From Paramoeba atlantica (lineage: Eukaryota > Protista > Discosea): DNA of 64,000 nt. The notes below the pieces were generated by a model that was given only the letters and a program-made list of their open reading frames with translations, had not been told where the DNA came from and ran no database searches. A program made the translations under genes and the position numbers. How positions within the stretch are numbered: the first letter of the stretch is position 1; every line of letters begins with the position of its first letter. The DNA is taken from positions 1-64,000 of the forward strand of contig CDRNVI010000090.1 in the NCBI GenBank assembly GCA_977017575.1, written 5' to 3'. Positions 42,117 through 52,387 of the stretch are shown one piece after another.

Positions 42117-42755
42117 ATGGAAAAATCTAATTCCTATCTTCTAATGTTTCTTATAATCGGTGGATTCGCAGACGAGGGAACCAAGGTGACGTGTTGCCGC
42201 CCCGGCCGAGTGAAAGGTGTGCCTTTGCCTCAAGAGTTTGTATTGTCGCGAATGTTGGCCAATATTCGAAATCCTTCAGGTTCGTGGGTTACAAACGTTC
42301 CCGCCTGCTCTTGGTTTGGAGTGCAATGTGCCCCGGACGGGAGAGTCGTTGGGTTCGATTGTGAGCGACTAAGACTGAAAGGGTCTGTAAGATGGGAATC
42401 TCTGCCGTATGCTTTGCGCCGATTCAACGCACACATAAACCATTTAAATGGGGAAATAGATCTCACACGTTTACCGCAACGCTTGGAATCCCTTGATGCT
42501 TCGTACAATTCTTTTGAAGGGACCATTATTTTGACCGAACTGCCTCCAACAATGACCGTCCTGAATCTATCTGCAAATCAATTAAGCGGCTGGGTTATAT
42601 TTTCGTCTCTTCCACCGGGCTTGAAACGTCTGTGTCTGCGTGCAAATAGAATGTTATCGGGCGAAGTAGAAAAGAAGTCACTTCCACTTGGCATGACGTA
42701 CTGTGCACTCCAGGAAACAAAAATTCTTGGAGAATCGTTCATGTCTTTAATATAG
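42117..42755 (+). CDS. Secreted/plant-type LRR protein
   Basis: LRRNT-like CSWFGVQC, then LxxLxLxxNxLxGxIxxxxLP repeats. Confidence 0.85.
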   Translation: MEKSNSYLLMFLIIGGFADEGTKVTCCRPGRVKGVPLPQEFVLSRMLANIRNPSGSWVTNVPACSWFGVQCAPDGRVVGFDCERLRLKGSVRWESLPYALRRFNAHINHLNGEIDLTRLPQRLESLDASYNSFEGTIILTELPPTMTVLNLSANQLSGWVIFSSLPPGLKRLCLRANRMLSGEVEKKSLPLGMTYCALQETKILGESFMSLI

Positions 42756-42972
42756 CGTAAATGTATCTCGGAATACATTAACAGACATCGTGCACTCAAC
42801 TTAAAAACTGCGTCGATAGTACATTGTACATTGTACTACACCCGATCAAGTATTTAGCACTGATTTTATCAACTTTGGAACATCTTTCTCCGAAATTTAG
42901 AACTTAGCCTTCCTCCATTAATACGTTTTAAATGGGATCCTACCTGATCCGTTCTGGAAACCATCCAATCCA

Positions 42973-44304
42973 ATGATACGAAAACCCCTGACACACTCAC
43001 TTTATTCAAATTCGAGACGCACGTGCTGCTCTGGAGACAGCCGCCCTATCCCAAGATCTTTCTCGCGAGGAAAAGAGGATGGAAGAAAATGGCACGGCTT
43101 TCCGGAAAATGCGGAGTATGGATTTATTCCGAGAATACGAGATCACGCCTTCGCCGTGGCACCGTTTCTTGCGCGTCACTCAGAAGTTGCGCATAACACT
43201 ATTGATCCCCTCTTCCACGGCGGTAAACCCCAAAGCGTCTCTCAGATAGAAAATGCTCGCAGGACCTTCAACAACGCCTCACAACAGGAGCGACAACGCT
43301 TGAGCACGGCACTCCAGATGGTACGACTGGAGATCCTCTCGCAACAGTTCCAAGACCCGAAATGGAACCTGGATTACCACGGCATTGAGAAAATGTTTTT
43401 CCCCAACTACCTCCCCACCCACTCAGAGGTGCGACACTGTTTCTCCCTCCCTCGACGCCACTGGTACACCCCCGAGCCCTTCTCCACACTCGAGGTCATC
43501 TCCCGCTTCCCCCTCGAACGCATGCACGGGGGCGACCCCGCAAAACCCCCCTCCACCCCCCTCACCTTCCCCGAGTGGTACGCCCTCTACCGCAACTACC
43601 ACCACTCCTTCCACCCCCTGCGCTACCTCTGTGAGGCCACGCAGCAAAGTCTCCTCTACACCCAAGAATTCATCCACGCCCTCGCCGCCTACCTCTCCCA
43701 ACGCGTGGCCGCGATCTCCCCTCCCCGCCCGATTCTCCTCGTGAACGCGATGAACGGCCGTCTCGCGTGTCTACTGAATCGTACGAACCAAATTCCCGTT
43801 CCCGTACTCCCCTGCCACGAGGAGCCCACGAAACCGAACTACTTACTCCACATCCCCGCGGGACTCCAACGCGCGTTTGATCTCGAGATCGATGTCGAGA
43901 CCCTGACCGTGCGGGAGGGGCTGGCGAAGTACCGCCCCGGGGTGGTGCTCTGCCAGGACATGCCCCCGGAGAGGGACTACACCCGGGAGTTCCGCCAGGA
44001 GGGGTGTGTGCGGGAGTACCTCCTGCTGGGGATCTCCAACTCCTACACCAGCGGGAGTATGTGGTACACCTGGGGGAATCTCACCCACCGCCCCGAGGAT
44101 GACCGGAGTCGCGAGCCGCACCACCGGCAGGCGGGGTTTGAGATGACCCACCTGCCGTGGGTGTCGCGGTGGGTGTATGAACGGAACGATGGTGAGATTG
44201 CCACAGGGTTCGGCCATGTGGTGAGCTTTTGTAAAAGGGATAGCGCCCCAGGGTGGAGGGAGAGGCTGGCGTGGAGGTGTGCCCGGTTGCGTCCGTTTTA
44301 TTGA
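42973..44304 (+). CDS. Conserved hypothetical protein, C-terminal methyltransferase-like fold suspected
   Basis: 443-aa ORF; LLVNAMNGRLA...GLAKYRP.VVLCQDMP...DYT.EFR...VREYLLLG...TWG. Confidence 0.6.
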   Translation: MIRKPLTHSLYSNSRRTCCSGDSRPIPRSFSRGKEDGRKWHGFPENAEYGFIPRIRDHAFAVAPFLARHSEVAHNTIDPLFHGGKPQSVSQIENARRTFNNASQQERQRLSTALQMVRLEILSQQFQDPKWNLDYHGIEKMFFPNYLPTHSEVRHCFSLPRRHWYTPEPFSTLEVISRFPLERMHGGDPAKPPSTPLTFPEWYALYRNYHHSFHPLRYLCEATQQSLLYTQEFIHALAAYLSQRVAAISPPRPILLVNAMNGRLACLLNRTNQIPVPVLPCHEEPTKPNYLLHIPAGLQRAFDLEIDVETLTVREGLAKYRPGVVLCQDMPPERDYTREFRQEGCVREYLLLGISNSYTSGSMWYTWGNLTHRPEDDRSREPHHRQAGFEMTHLPWVSRWVYERNDGEIATGFGHVVSFCKRDSAPGWRERLAWRCARLRPFY

Positions 44305-44484
44305 GCCTATGGAGGGGAAGACAAGCCGGTTTGTGGGTCAGTCAAGTATGAAACCCGTGATATGTATTTATCAATCGTTTGCTAAAAAAAGTATTTTTTT
44401 CTATCTACTCCATTTTTTACGTATTTCTTAACGGTTTTCAAGCTTTTCTATACAAAAATTCCATTACCAACCCCTCCATTCCCC

Positions 44485-45309
44485 ATGTCCCCGCCCTTTC
44501 ACGCTCTCGTCGGTGTCATCGCCGAGAGTTCTCTGGGCTCTGCCTATGTCGAGTTCCCCCACGCCCACATCACCGCCGCGGTCTACGGCCCCCGGCAGTT
44601 CCACGCAGGAGAGGTACGTCCGGAGGCTAACCTTCATGTCACGGTACGCCTGGAGGGTGGGACCGGGCTGCTGGCCGCTGGGGGACTAACGGAGTCCATA
44701 GCCCCGCAAGCCTCGGAGCTGACACGGACGATTTCCCAGAGTCTTACCCAGACCCTTCGAAAAGCACTTATCCTCCCGATGCTCGGTCGGATGCACTATG
44801 AGATCGTGGTGATGTGTCACATGGGGTGGGACCCGCGATCCGGGATGGAGGCCGCCGTGATGGCATGTGGGCTGGCGTGTGCGGATGGGGGGCTCGCGAT
44901 GTATGATTTGCCGAGCTGTACGACGGTGATTGTGGTTCCAGAAATGAGGGAGGGTAAGGAGGAGGAGAAAGCAAATGCCTCCATTGCCGAAGCAAGCACG
45001 ACAGGATCCGTGGTATTGGCCTCGGAGGCTTCGGCGGCGGAGCTTTCGAAGGCGAGTGGTTATCTGTGTTTGGCCTCCACGACGGTGACAGGGGCGGTGC
45101 TGTTTCTTCACGCGCTCGGGGGTTGGTGGAGACCGACTTCGGGGGATACAGAGAACAAGACGACTTCACAGACCTCCTTGTTTGATCTCGCCGTTCAACA
45201 GTGTCTCGCGCGCAATGCCTCACATAGAGAACCCATGCAACGTATGTTAATGGGAAGAAGGAGCCATGTAGCAGGAGGCGAAAGTTCGTCTCCTGTTGAA
45301 AACACTTGA
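44485..45309 (+). CDS. Exosome RNase PH-domain subunit (Rrp41/Rrp46/Mtr3-like)
   Basis: GSAYVEF...ITAAVYGPR, EIVV......D......AV.ACGLA.ADGGLAMYDL. Confidence 0.8.
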   Translation: MSPPFHALVGVIAESSLGSAYVEFPHAHITAAVYGPRQFHAGEVRPEANLHVTVRLEGGTGLLAAGGLTESIAPQASELTRTISQSLTQTLRKALILPMLGRMHYEIVVMCHMGWDPRSGMEAAVMACGLACADGGLAMYDLPSCTTVIVVPEMREGKEEEKANASIAEASTTGSVVLASEASAAELSKASGYLCLASTTVTGAVLFLHALGGWWRPTSGDTENKTTSQTSLFDLAVQQCLARNASHREPMQRMLMGRRSHVAGGESSSPVENT

Positions 45310-45480
45310 GGTTTGGTGATGTTACAACCAAGCGATAGAGCTCGAAACTCACAGCAAAAAAATATCGCACTCTAATTGCTATTTTAACGTTTTATAAAAT
45401 TGATTTTTCATCTTTCTCGATATTCTTGTTTTTAAATAACTTTCATACGTATTTAACGCGTGGGATATTCTGCCCACAAC

Positions 45481-46152
45481 ATGATTACCGAGATCACCAG
45501 CCGCCCAGGATCCTCCTCCAACCCCGGCACCCCCTCCGGAGGAGCTACCAGCACGTTAGGCACCCCGGGAAGGTCTCTGCACGTTCAACCCTTCAACGAA
45601 CTCACCCGTCGCATGACACGCCAGGACATGATGGAGTACCTGCTTTGCCCGGACAACAAGACAATGGAGGAGCAACGGCTGTTACAAAAAATGGCCTTCT
45701 ACGGGGCTGGCGGGATGTCACTCGCCGGCGTCGTCACCTACTGGCTGGCGGGAAAACTACCCTGGCACCATTTTAATTCATGGTACCCTCCCAAAGCCTT
45801 CGTTCCGTTTTCCCGCACGTGCCTTGCTTTTTGTGCGGCATCGATTCCGTACGTTCTTTCCCAGCAATGGGGAATTGCAGCTATTATGAAATTACCCGAA
45901 GACAGCCAGCTGTCCTTTATGACACGGCGCTACCTGATGACACAGCGTGGTAGTGTGATGTTTACAAGGTCAGAGGTGCGTGAGGTAACCAAACAGGAGA
46001 TGGCAGAATATGGAGGTGTTGGGGCGCAGGATCCGCGGAACGCGCACATGCAGGCCCCTCCCCCAGGAGGAGGGATGAATGCGGAATATACTCTAAGCCA
46101 GGAGCAGTTTCTACCCATCGCCCAGTCCGGATACAAACCCCCTCCAGTTTAA
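45481..46152 (+). CDS. Hypothetical two-helix membrane protein
   Basis: 223-aa ORF with two moderately hydrophobic segments. Confidence 0.6.
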   Translation: MITEITSRPGSSSNPGTPSGGATSTLGTPGRSLHVQPFNELTRRMTRQDMMEYLLCPDNKTMEEQRLLQKMAFYGAGGMSLAGVVTYWLAGKLPWHHFNSWYPPKAFVPFSRTCLAFCAASIPYVLSQQWGIAAIMKLPEDSQLSFMTRRYLMTQRGSVMFTRSEVREVTKQEMAEYGGVGAQDPRNAHMQAPPPGGGMNAEYTLSQEQFLPIAQSGYKPPPV

Positions 46153-46265
46153 CACGGGCTGTATAACCTGATAATATGCCGAGAGGTAAATAACTCAAAC
46201 AATAACTTTCGTAAAGATATTCAAATTACCCGAATCTATTAGATTGTAGAATTAACAAACATATA

Positions 46266-47945
46266 ATGTTGATATCAGATATAGGACCTCAGAAATATTC
46301 TTATCGAATGACTTCATGCGCACCCCTTTCTTTTCTTGAAGCTGTCAAGGATAGGTATGCGAGTCCATACCTGGATAACTCTCTTTTCAGCTCATCTAAC
46401 GGCCCCAACGATGCAGCAACTCATATTTCACACCCGAACTGGACGTTAATAGGAATGGATAAAACGTTTACTCGACAATCTGCACTGCATAAGCTTCGGG
46501 TAGCTACTCTCCAAAGGGTTACTCTCCATGAGATGGAGGATCAAATAGATGGGATATCTGATAGGCTTCCATTACTAAAGGAATTATACTTGGAAGAGCC
46601 CGTAGTACATTATTGGAAGGATATCCAAAAGCTGATAACCGCTTTACCGCAACTAAGGTTGCTTCATATCTCAAGGTGTGCTCATCGAATGAAATTTTCT
46701 GTTTGTGGAAACACTGAAAGTTGCGCTGCAGAGAAAACGGATCACTCGAAGACATGGCCATCGGAGGTTGAAGACGATCAGAAACGCATTTGGCCATATA
46801 CGTCTTCTGTAGAAAACTTATCTGGATTTAAACAGCTGCATACAGTTATTTTGAACAACTGTGCAATAGAATGGAATGACATCGTTACTCAGATTCCAAA
46901 TTTTAGTGCACTTCGAGAACTTCATCTAGAAAGCAATCATTTGAGAGAACTCAGCAATTCTGAACCAGAAAATGATGAAAAGTGCAGTTCCTTATGCTTA
47001 TTAAATCTGAGCAATAATGAACTTCACTCGTGGAGAGATTTAGCTTTGGCACTTCGCTTCTTTCCATGTACAAAAAATTTAATGCTTACGGGAAACGCTT
47101 TCCCGAATTTCTATGAGCTAGAATACCTTGGCGCTGCACTTCCGTACCTTGAATCACTCTCTATTGAAAACTGTCCATTCGAACCAGAGAATTCGGATCT
47201 CAGTTCTTATTGGAGTATTCGTCACCTTGGAGTAATTCAAAAATTGAAATGCCTTAGATTGACGTATACAACCTTTTGTAGATCTGTACTAGGAAATCAC
47301 GAGATGCGCTTACAACGCATTGCGATTGCATGTCAGATTCCAAAGCTTGAGATGCTGAATGGCAGTTCGATTCAACATACGGAAAGAAAAGAAATGGCAA
47401 AGTTTTACGTAGACGCAGCGAAACGCATTAACCAAGACCTCGGGCTTTCATGTCTAGGGACGACAGAATGCACACCAGAAGTACAGAATGCACACCAGAA
47501 GCAAAAGGTAAAAATGTCGAACTTTTTGGTGGATCAGGCGAAAGTGCTTGCGCAGACTACATCTCCTTGGTTTTGCCATTACGAAACACACAATGCAGTT
47601 CTTCGTACTATGATGAATTCCACGGACATGGCAAATAATGCAGGCCAAAACAAAGTACACAATCAGCGGGGTATGGATCGATTGGTAAAAGTCATATTAC
47701 GGCCAGTGACCATAAGTCAAAGTGATATACAAAAAGCTCTTTCTTTGAACATGTCAATACTTCAGCTCAAAAGACTTGTTCGCACACTATTCGCCATTCC
47801 ACCACAATATCAAAGGCTCTCATTACGAGAACAGGCTTCCTCTCATTCAGGAGTAGAGATAAACGACGATGTCCGAGACCTCCACTACTACGGAGTTGCA
47901 GATAATTCAATTATTGAAATAACCGATTCCGGTAATTTCGGATAA
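46266..47945 (+). CDS. Tubulin-folding cofactor E-like (LRR + C-terminal ubiquitin-like), no CAP-Gly
   Basis: SFLEAVKDRY, LRRs, IACQIPKLEMLNGS.I...ERK, C-terminal Ubl DLHYYGVADNSIIEI. Confidence 0.75.
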   Translation: MLISDIGPQKYSYRMTSCAPLSFLEAVKDRYASPYLDNSLFSSSNGPNDAATHISHPNWTLIGMDKTFTRQSALHKLRVATLQRVTLHEMEDQIDGISDRLPLLKELYLEEPVVHYWKDIQKLITALPQLRLLHISRCAHRMKFSVCGNTESCAAEKTDHSKTWPSEVEDDQKRIWPYTSSVENLSGFKQLHTVILNNCAIEWNDIVTQIPNFSALRELHLESNHLRELSNSEPENDEKCSSLCLLNLSNNELHSWRDLALALRFFPCTKNLMLTGNAFPNFYELEYLGAALPYLESLSIENCPFEPENSDLSSYWSIRHLGVIQKLKCLRLTYTTFCRSVLGNHEMRLQRIAIACQIPKLEMLNGSSIQHTERKEMAKFYVDAAKRINQDLGLSCLGTTECTPEVQNAHQKQKVKMSNFLVDQAKVLAQTTSPWFCHYETHNAVLRTMMNSTDMANNAGQNKVHNQRGMDRLVKVILRPVTISQSDIQKALSLNMSILQLKRLVRTLFAIPPQYQRLSLREQASSHSGVEINDDVRDLHYYGVADNSIIEITDSGNFG

Positions 47946-48957
47946 AACCATAATTTCGGATAAGACTAGAAGTTCAATGGTGGGTAGGTAGGCTATGGAT
48001 GGGTATGTAGACAATATGTTCGGAGGGCTATAGCTGCAGATAAGTTTTTTTTATCCACTTGTAGTACAGAGATAATTCGCACAATATCCTTACCCACACA
48101 CGACGGGTGGATCGCGTGAGGGGTTGCCCTCGCCGGAGGTGGATGTGTGCGGAGAGCTGGCGGCCCACGTGCAGAGAGCTTGTCACGTGTAGCTGCAGAG
48201 ACCCGAGATGCAGTTGCCATGTGTAGATGAAGAGACCCGGGACTCGTAATCCCCTCACGAGCTATACAACGAGTTCGTAGACACCAAAATGGAGCATTTC
48301 CCGGATGGGGTGAAACTCCTTGCGGCCAACATTGGGGAGTCGGCAACCGTAAAGGAGAGGTGGTTTAATTCTAAGGTGCCGAAAGTGGCATCTTTTCTCG
48401 TGAAGCTGAGAGACCTCCCAAGGCAATGTGTCTACCTTACAGCTGCCGCCAGGTTTCTTTACGTGCTTGAATTATTCGTTGCATAGTTTCGTTCCTGGAA
48501 ATTCGTGCTTCCCTTTTTTAAAAGGTGCAATTATCATGGGTACCGGAATAGTTTTTTTTTGTCGTTATCACCGATTTTGGGTAACTATTAAGGGTAACTC
48601 TGTTCCCTTGTTAGCTGTGCATTTCTAGTTGGAAGTAAGTCTTGGACGACGTTTTCCAGTGCAAGTTGTGTGTGGTTGTCCGTTGTCATAATTTAACAAA
48701 GGAGATAAAATGAAATCAATGACAGATTGACATTTTTTTATTGACATTTGTTTAGGCGAAACCCTCGAAAAGGGAAAAAGAATGGGAAAAAGTAACTACC
48801 ATCTCCCCTATTTACTATTGAGCGCTACCCTCCCTATTCAGTGTTGAATTTTGGTTTTGTTGCGCATAGTATATTAATCATGCAGTTATTACTGCAGAGA
48901 TTAGCCCTAGGTAGGTAAGCACGCCCAAAACGTGCTACTTACTCGGGGATTACCACT

Positions 48958-49380
48958 TTATTGGAAGCTTTGCACCTCCCACGTGGGGTTGTCGCGGTGC
49001 TGGTAGATAACAAAGCTTCCCCGGAGTGCCCGCTGGACCATTCTCTCCCTGCACTCGGAGGCAAGGCTCTTGCATCCTCCGAAGAGAGAGTTCAGCGCGC
49101 GGGTTGTGGCGTTTAACTTTCCTCTTGCCCCAACTTCAAAAAGCAGGAGGAAAGTGGAAGGGTTTTCTAATTTCCTCTCGTTATAGATGTGAGAGTATTT
49201 ACGAACCTTACGCTCGTGTGCGTCTGTGAAGTTTTCTTCCCAAGGGGAAGTCAGCTCAATGATGTATTCCGACCCGTTGTGCAACTTCACCCACCCGTCT
49301 GGTCTCAATTCAGTTTGTTGCGAGAAAACTTTAACATTTTTGGAAAATCATTTATTGGGACTTTACCAACTTGGCACACT
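48958..49380 (-). mobile_element. 5'-truncated non-LTR retrotransposon fragment: restriction-like endonuclease domain (HERO/NeSL/R2-type)
   Basis: LRPD...IELTSPWEENFTDAHERKVRKY...EVGARG. Confidence 0.82.
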
Positions 49381-49531
49381 GTAAGCCCATTTGAAAAGAT
49401 TGTTCTCCAAAACATACATCATACATCAACAGTACATCTGCATATCTACATCATGTATATCTACTTTTTTATAATATTGAGTTCATGAAAAAATTAAGAG
49501 CAATTCATTTACTACATTATTCCTCTCACCC

Positions 49532-50095
49532 ATGTCTCACAAACGTGAGCGTCAAAAGACGAAAACCCCAAGTATGACGGATCGTGTTAACGTGGGCCTG
49601 CAGGCTCTACAAGGATTACCCACCCTCTCCGCAGCTCAGCTCATTGAGTGGCCGCGACGTGAGAAGCCGCTCCCCCCGGATGCGAACGCGCACGGCTCCA
49701 CGCACACGCTCTATCAGCTGGACTCCCATGTTCGGTTTAATTGTTCCCGGTGTGGGCGCATGGGCGTCACCGCGGATATCCTGGCTTGCGACTTTCGAGC
49801 TAACACGCTGCAGTGCGCAAAGTGCTATGAGCGACTGATACGACCCAGACAATTCCAGCCCCTGCGCGTTCACCCGTTCCCCAATATGGTATCATGGGTG
49901 AACTACACCCCACGAGCCGCTGTGGAAGATAAATCTGAACAGATTGAAAATCAATCTCTAGAAAAACCCCCGGAGGCATTCTACCCTTCTGGGGAGAGGT
50001 TAAACACAAATGTAGTGTCGTTGCCCGGGGCCAAACATGTACCTCGTATTGCATTTCACCCCGGAAGTTCCGTGTTACTCCCTTCGAATGGTTAG
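49532..50095 (+). CDS. Hypothetical protein with CxxC...CxxC zinc-binding motif
   Basis: CSRC and CAKC in a 187-aa ORF. Confidence 0.65.
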   Translation: MSHKRERQKTKTPSMTDRVNVGLQALQGLPTLSAAQLIEWPRREKPLPPDANAHGSTHTLYQLDSHVRFNCSRCGRMGVTADILACDFRANTLQCAKCYERLIRPRQFQPLRVHPFPNMVSWVNYTPRAAVEDKSEQIENQSLEKPPEAFYPSGERLNTNVVSLPGAKHVPRIAFHPGSSVLLPSNG

Positions 50096-50367
50096 GAGTA
50101 ACCGGAATGTGAAGGAATGTTTACATCACAAACAGTAGTCCTATCAACAGTGCACATCGTTCTGCTAGGCATTGTCACATACATGTATTAGCATTTTAAG
50201 CAACTTTATATTGTGGCACTTGTCTAGTAAATCCGGAAACAAAACTAGTGTATCTACCGTACGTGTCCAAAAGAATATTGGTAATTTTTTGTTCCAATCA
50301 ATCTACCCATGAAACGTTTCTAGCTCTTCCTTCCCATTTTTTCCTTCCTTCTTTACCCCCACCTCCC

Positions 50368-51882
50368 ATGTCCTTTTCTGTGACCCCGAAATCTCAATCC
50401 GAGCACAACGCGGAGCTCGACGTCTACCGCAACCCCCAGGCCGCGTTCCGTGCCAACAAGATCATCTGCACCATCGGCCCCAACACCCAGTCCTACGAGT
50501 CCATCCACGGCCTCATCTCCGAGGGGATGAATGTCGTCCGGATGAACTTCTCCCATGGCGATGAGGAGTTCCACGGGCGCACGGTCGCGAATGCCCGCAA
50601 GGCCTCCAAGGATCTCGGCGTGCACGTGGGGATTGCGCTGGACACGCGGGGCCCGGAGATTCGAACGGGCGTGATCCCGGAGGGGGAGATCACGCTGGAG
50701 AAGAACCACAAGATGCGACTCACCACGGACCCCGCGTGGCGGGAGAAGGGAAACCGGGACATGTTGTTTATTGACTGTGAGAGCCTTACTACGGTGATGG
50801 GCATCGGGGACCGGATTTATGTCGATGACGGGCTGCTGGGGCTCGAAGTCACGGCAGTCGGGACGGACTATCTGGATGTTGTCGTGATCATCCCCTCGAC
50901 GCTGTCCTCAAAAAAAGGGTGCAACCTTCCGAACAAGGATGTGGATTTGCCCGCGGTCTCGGACAAGGACCGACGGGATTTGCAGTGGGCCGCGAAGATC
51001 GGAGTGGATATGGTGTTTGCTTCGTTTATTCGTAATGCCTCACAGGTGCGCGAGGTACGTGCGGCGCTCGGACGGGATGATGTTCTCGTCATTAGTAAGA
51101 TTGAGAACCACCAGGGGCTGCACAACATTGACGAAATTATTGCCGCCAGTGACGGGATTATGGTTGCTCGAGGTGACCTCGGGGTGGAGATCGACCCCGA
51201 GAAAGTATTCGTCGCGCAGAAAATGATTATTGCGAAATGTAACATTGCAGGAAAGCCGGTGATCTGTGCCACGCAAATGCTGGAGTCCATGACGAAGAAT
51301 CCTCGTCCCACCCGTGCGGAGGTCAGCGACGTCGCCAACGCCGTCCTGGACGGTGCAGACTGCGTAATGCTAAGTGGGGAGACTGCCAAAGGGCTCTACC
51401 CCAACACCGTGGTAAATGTTATGTCCCGTATTTGCAAGGAGGCCCAGGCGGTGACCTGTGAGGGTATCATGTTTTCCTCCATCAAGCACCTTCAGAGTGT
51501 TCCCATGCTCACCGAGGAGTCCGTGGCGTGTTCCGCCGTGAACAGCGCCTTGGAGTTGCGTGCGCGGGCGATTTTAGTGCTCACGAACACAGGCAAGACC
51601 GCGCGACTGATTGCCAAATACCACCCGCCATGCCCGATTGTGTGTGTCAGTGCCTCAGAGACTGTGTGCCGACAGCTCGCGATTGTGCGCGCTGTGTTTC
51701 CAGTGTTCTATGACGCCGACCAAATGGGAGGGGACATGGACAAGGAGAAGCGAGTTGCGAAGGTGACAGAGGGAGCCAAGTCGCTAGGCTTTTTGGCCCC
51801 TGGGGACCTTGCGGTCTGTGTCCATGCGGATTCTAAGACGAAGGGGTTTGCGAACCAGACCCGGGTGATTAGCATCTGTTAG
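50368..51882 (+). CDS. PYK: Pyruvate kinase, kinetoplastid type
   Basis: IICTIGP, RMNFSHG, ALDTRGPEIRTG, ISKIEN, IMVARGDLGVE, ATQMLESM; C-terminal HAD...KGFANQTR effector loop like the trypanosomatid enzymes. Confidence 0.97.
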   Translation: MSFSVTPKSQSEHNAELDVYRNPQAAFRANKIICTIGPNTQSYESIHGLISEGMNVVRMNFSHGDEEFHGRTVANARKASKDLGVHVGIALDTRGPEIRTGVIPEGEITLEKNHKMRLTTDPAWREKGNRDMLFIDCESLTTVMGIGDRIYVDDGLLGLEVTAVGTDYLDVVVIIPSTLSSKKGCNLPNKDVDLPAVSDKDRRDLQWAAKIGVDMVFASFIRNASQVREVRAALGRDDVLVISKIENHQGLHNIDEIIAASDGIMVARGDLGVEIDPEKVFVAQKMIIAKCNIAGKPVICATQMLESMTKNPRPTRAEVSDVANAVLDGADCVMLSGETAKGLYPNTVVNVMSRICKEAQAVTCEGIMFSSIKHLQSVPMLTEESVACSAVNSALELRARAILVLTNTGKTARLIAKYHPPCPIVCVSASETVCRQLAIVRAVFPVFYDADQMGGDMDKEKRVAKVTEGAKSLGFLAPGDLAVCVHADSKTKGFANQTRVISIC

Positions 51883-52387
51883 ATTGGGAGATCTTGAATA
51901 AAACGGGATACCGATGGTTTTCCATGTATCTTCCATACATATAGTGCGTAGTGTGCTAAGTTAAGTATGATATAATGGCGAACAATTGGGCTGTGAAGTG
52001 AAATCTGGGCTTTGACGGGCTTTAAACTTGACGGGCTTTGACGGGCTCAAATTTCCTTGATATGCTTTTGCGCGAGGCTCGGGCGGTGCATCTCTTACTG
52101 CTAAGGAATCAATAGCAGCAAGTGCAATCAACTTGATTGCGGAATTAAGTTTCTTCATTTATCAAAGCGAACTATTTTTTGCTTTACACACCATTATCAA
52201 ACAATTTCTAGCTTTGCTATTCGTTTTTCCATATTTTTTATTTGATTAAGAAAAATTGCTCAGATGTGATTTTTGTCACTAAGTAGTTGATCCAGCCACT
52301 CTTTTACGATACCATTAGATTACCAACATTATTTCTAGCCCACTTTCGTACTATTAAACGAATGCCACGGAAGCACTCTGTTCATAG

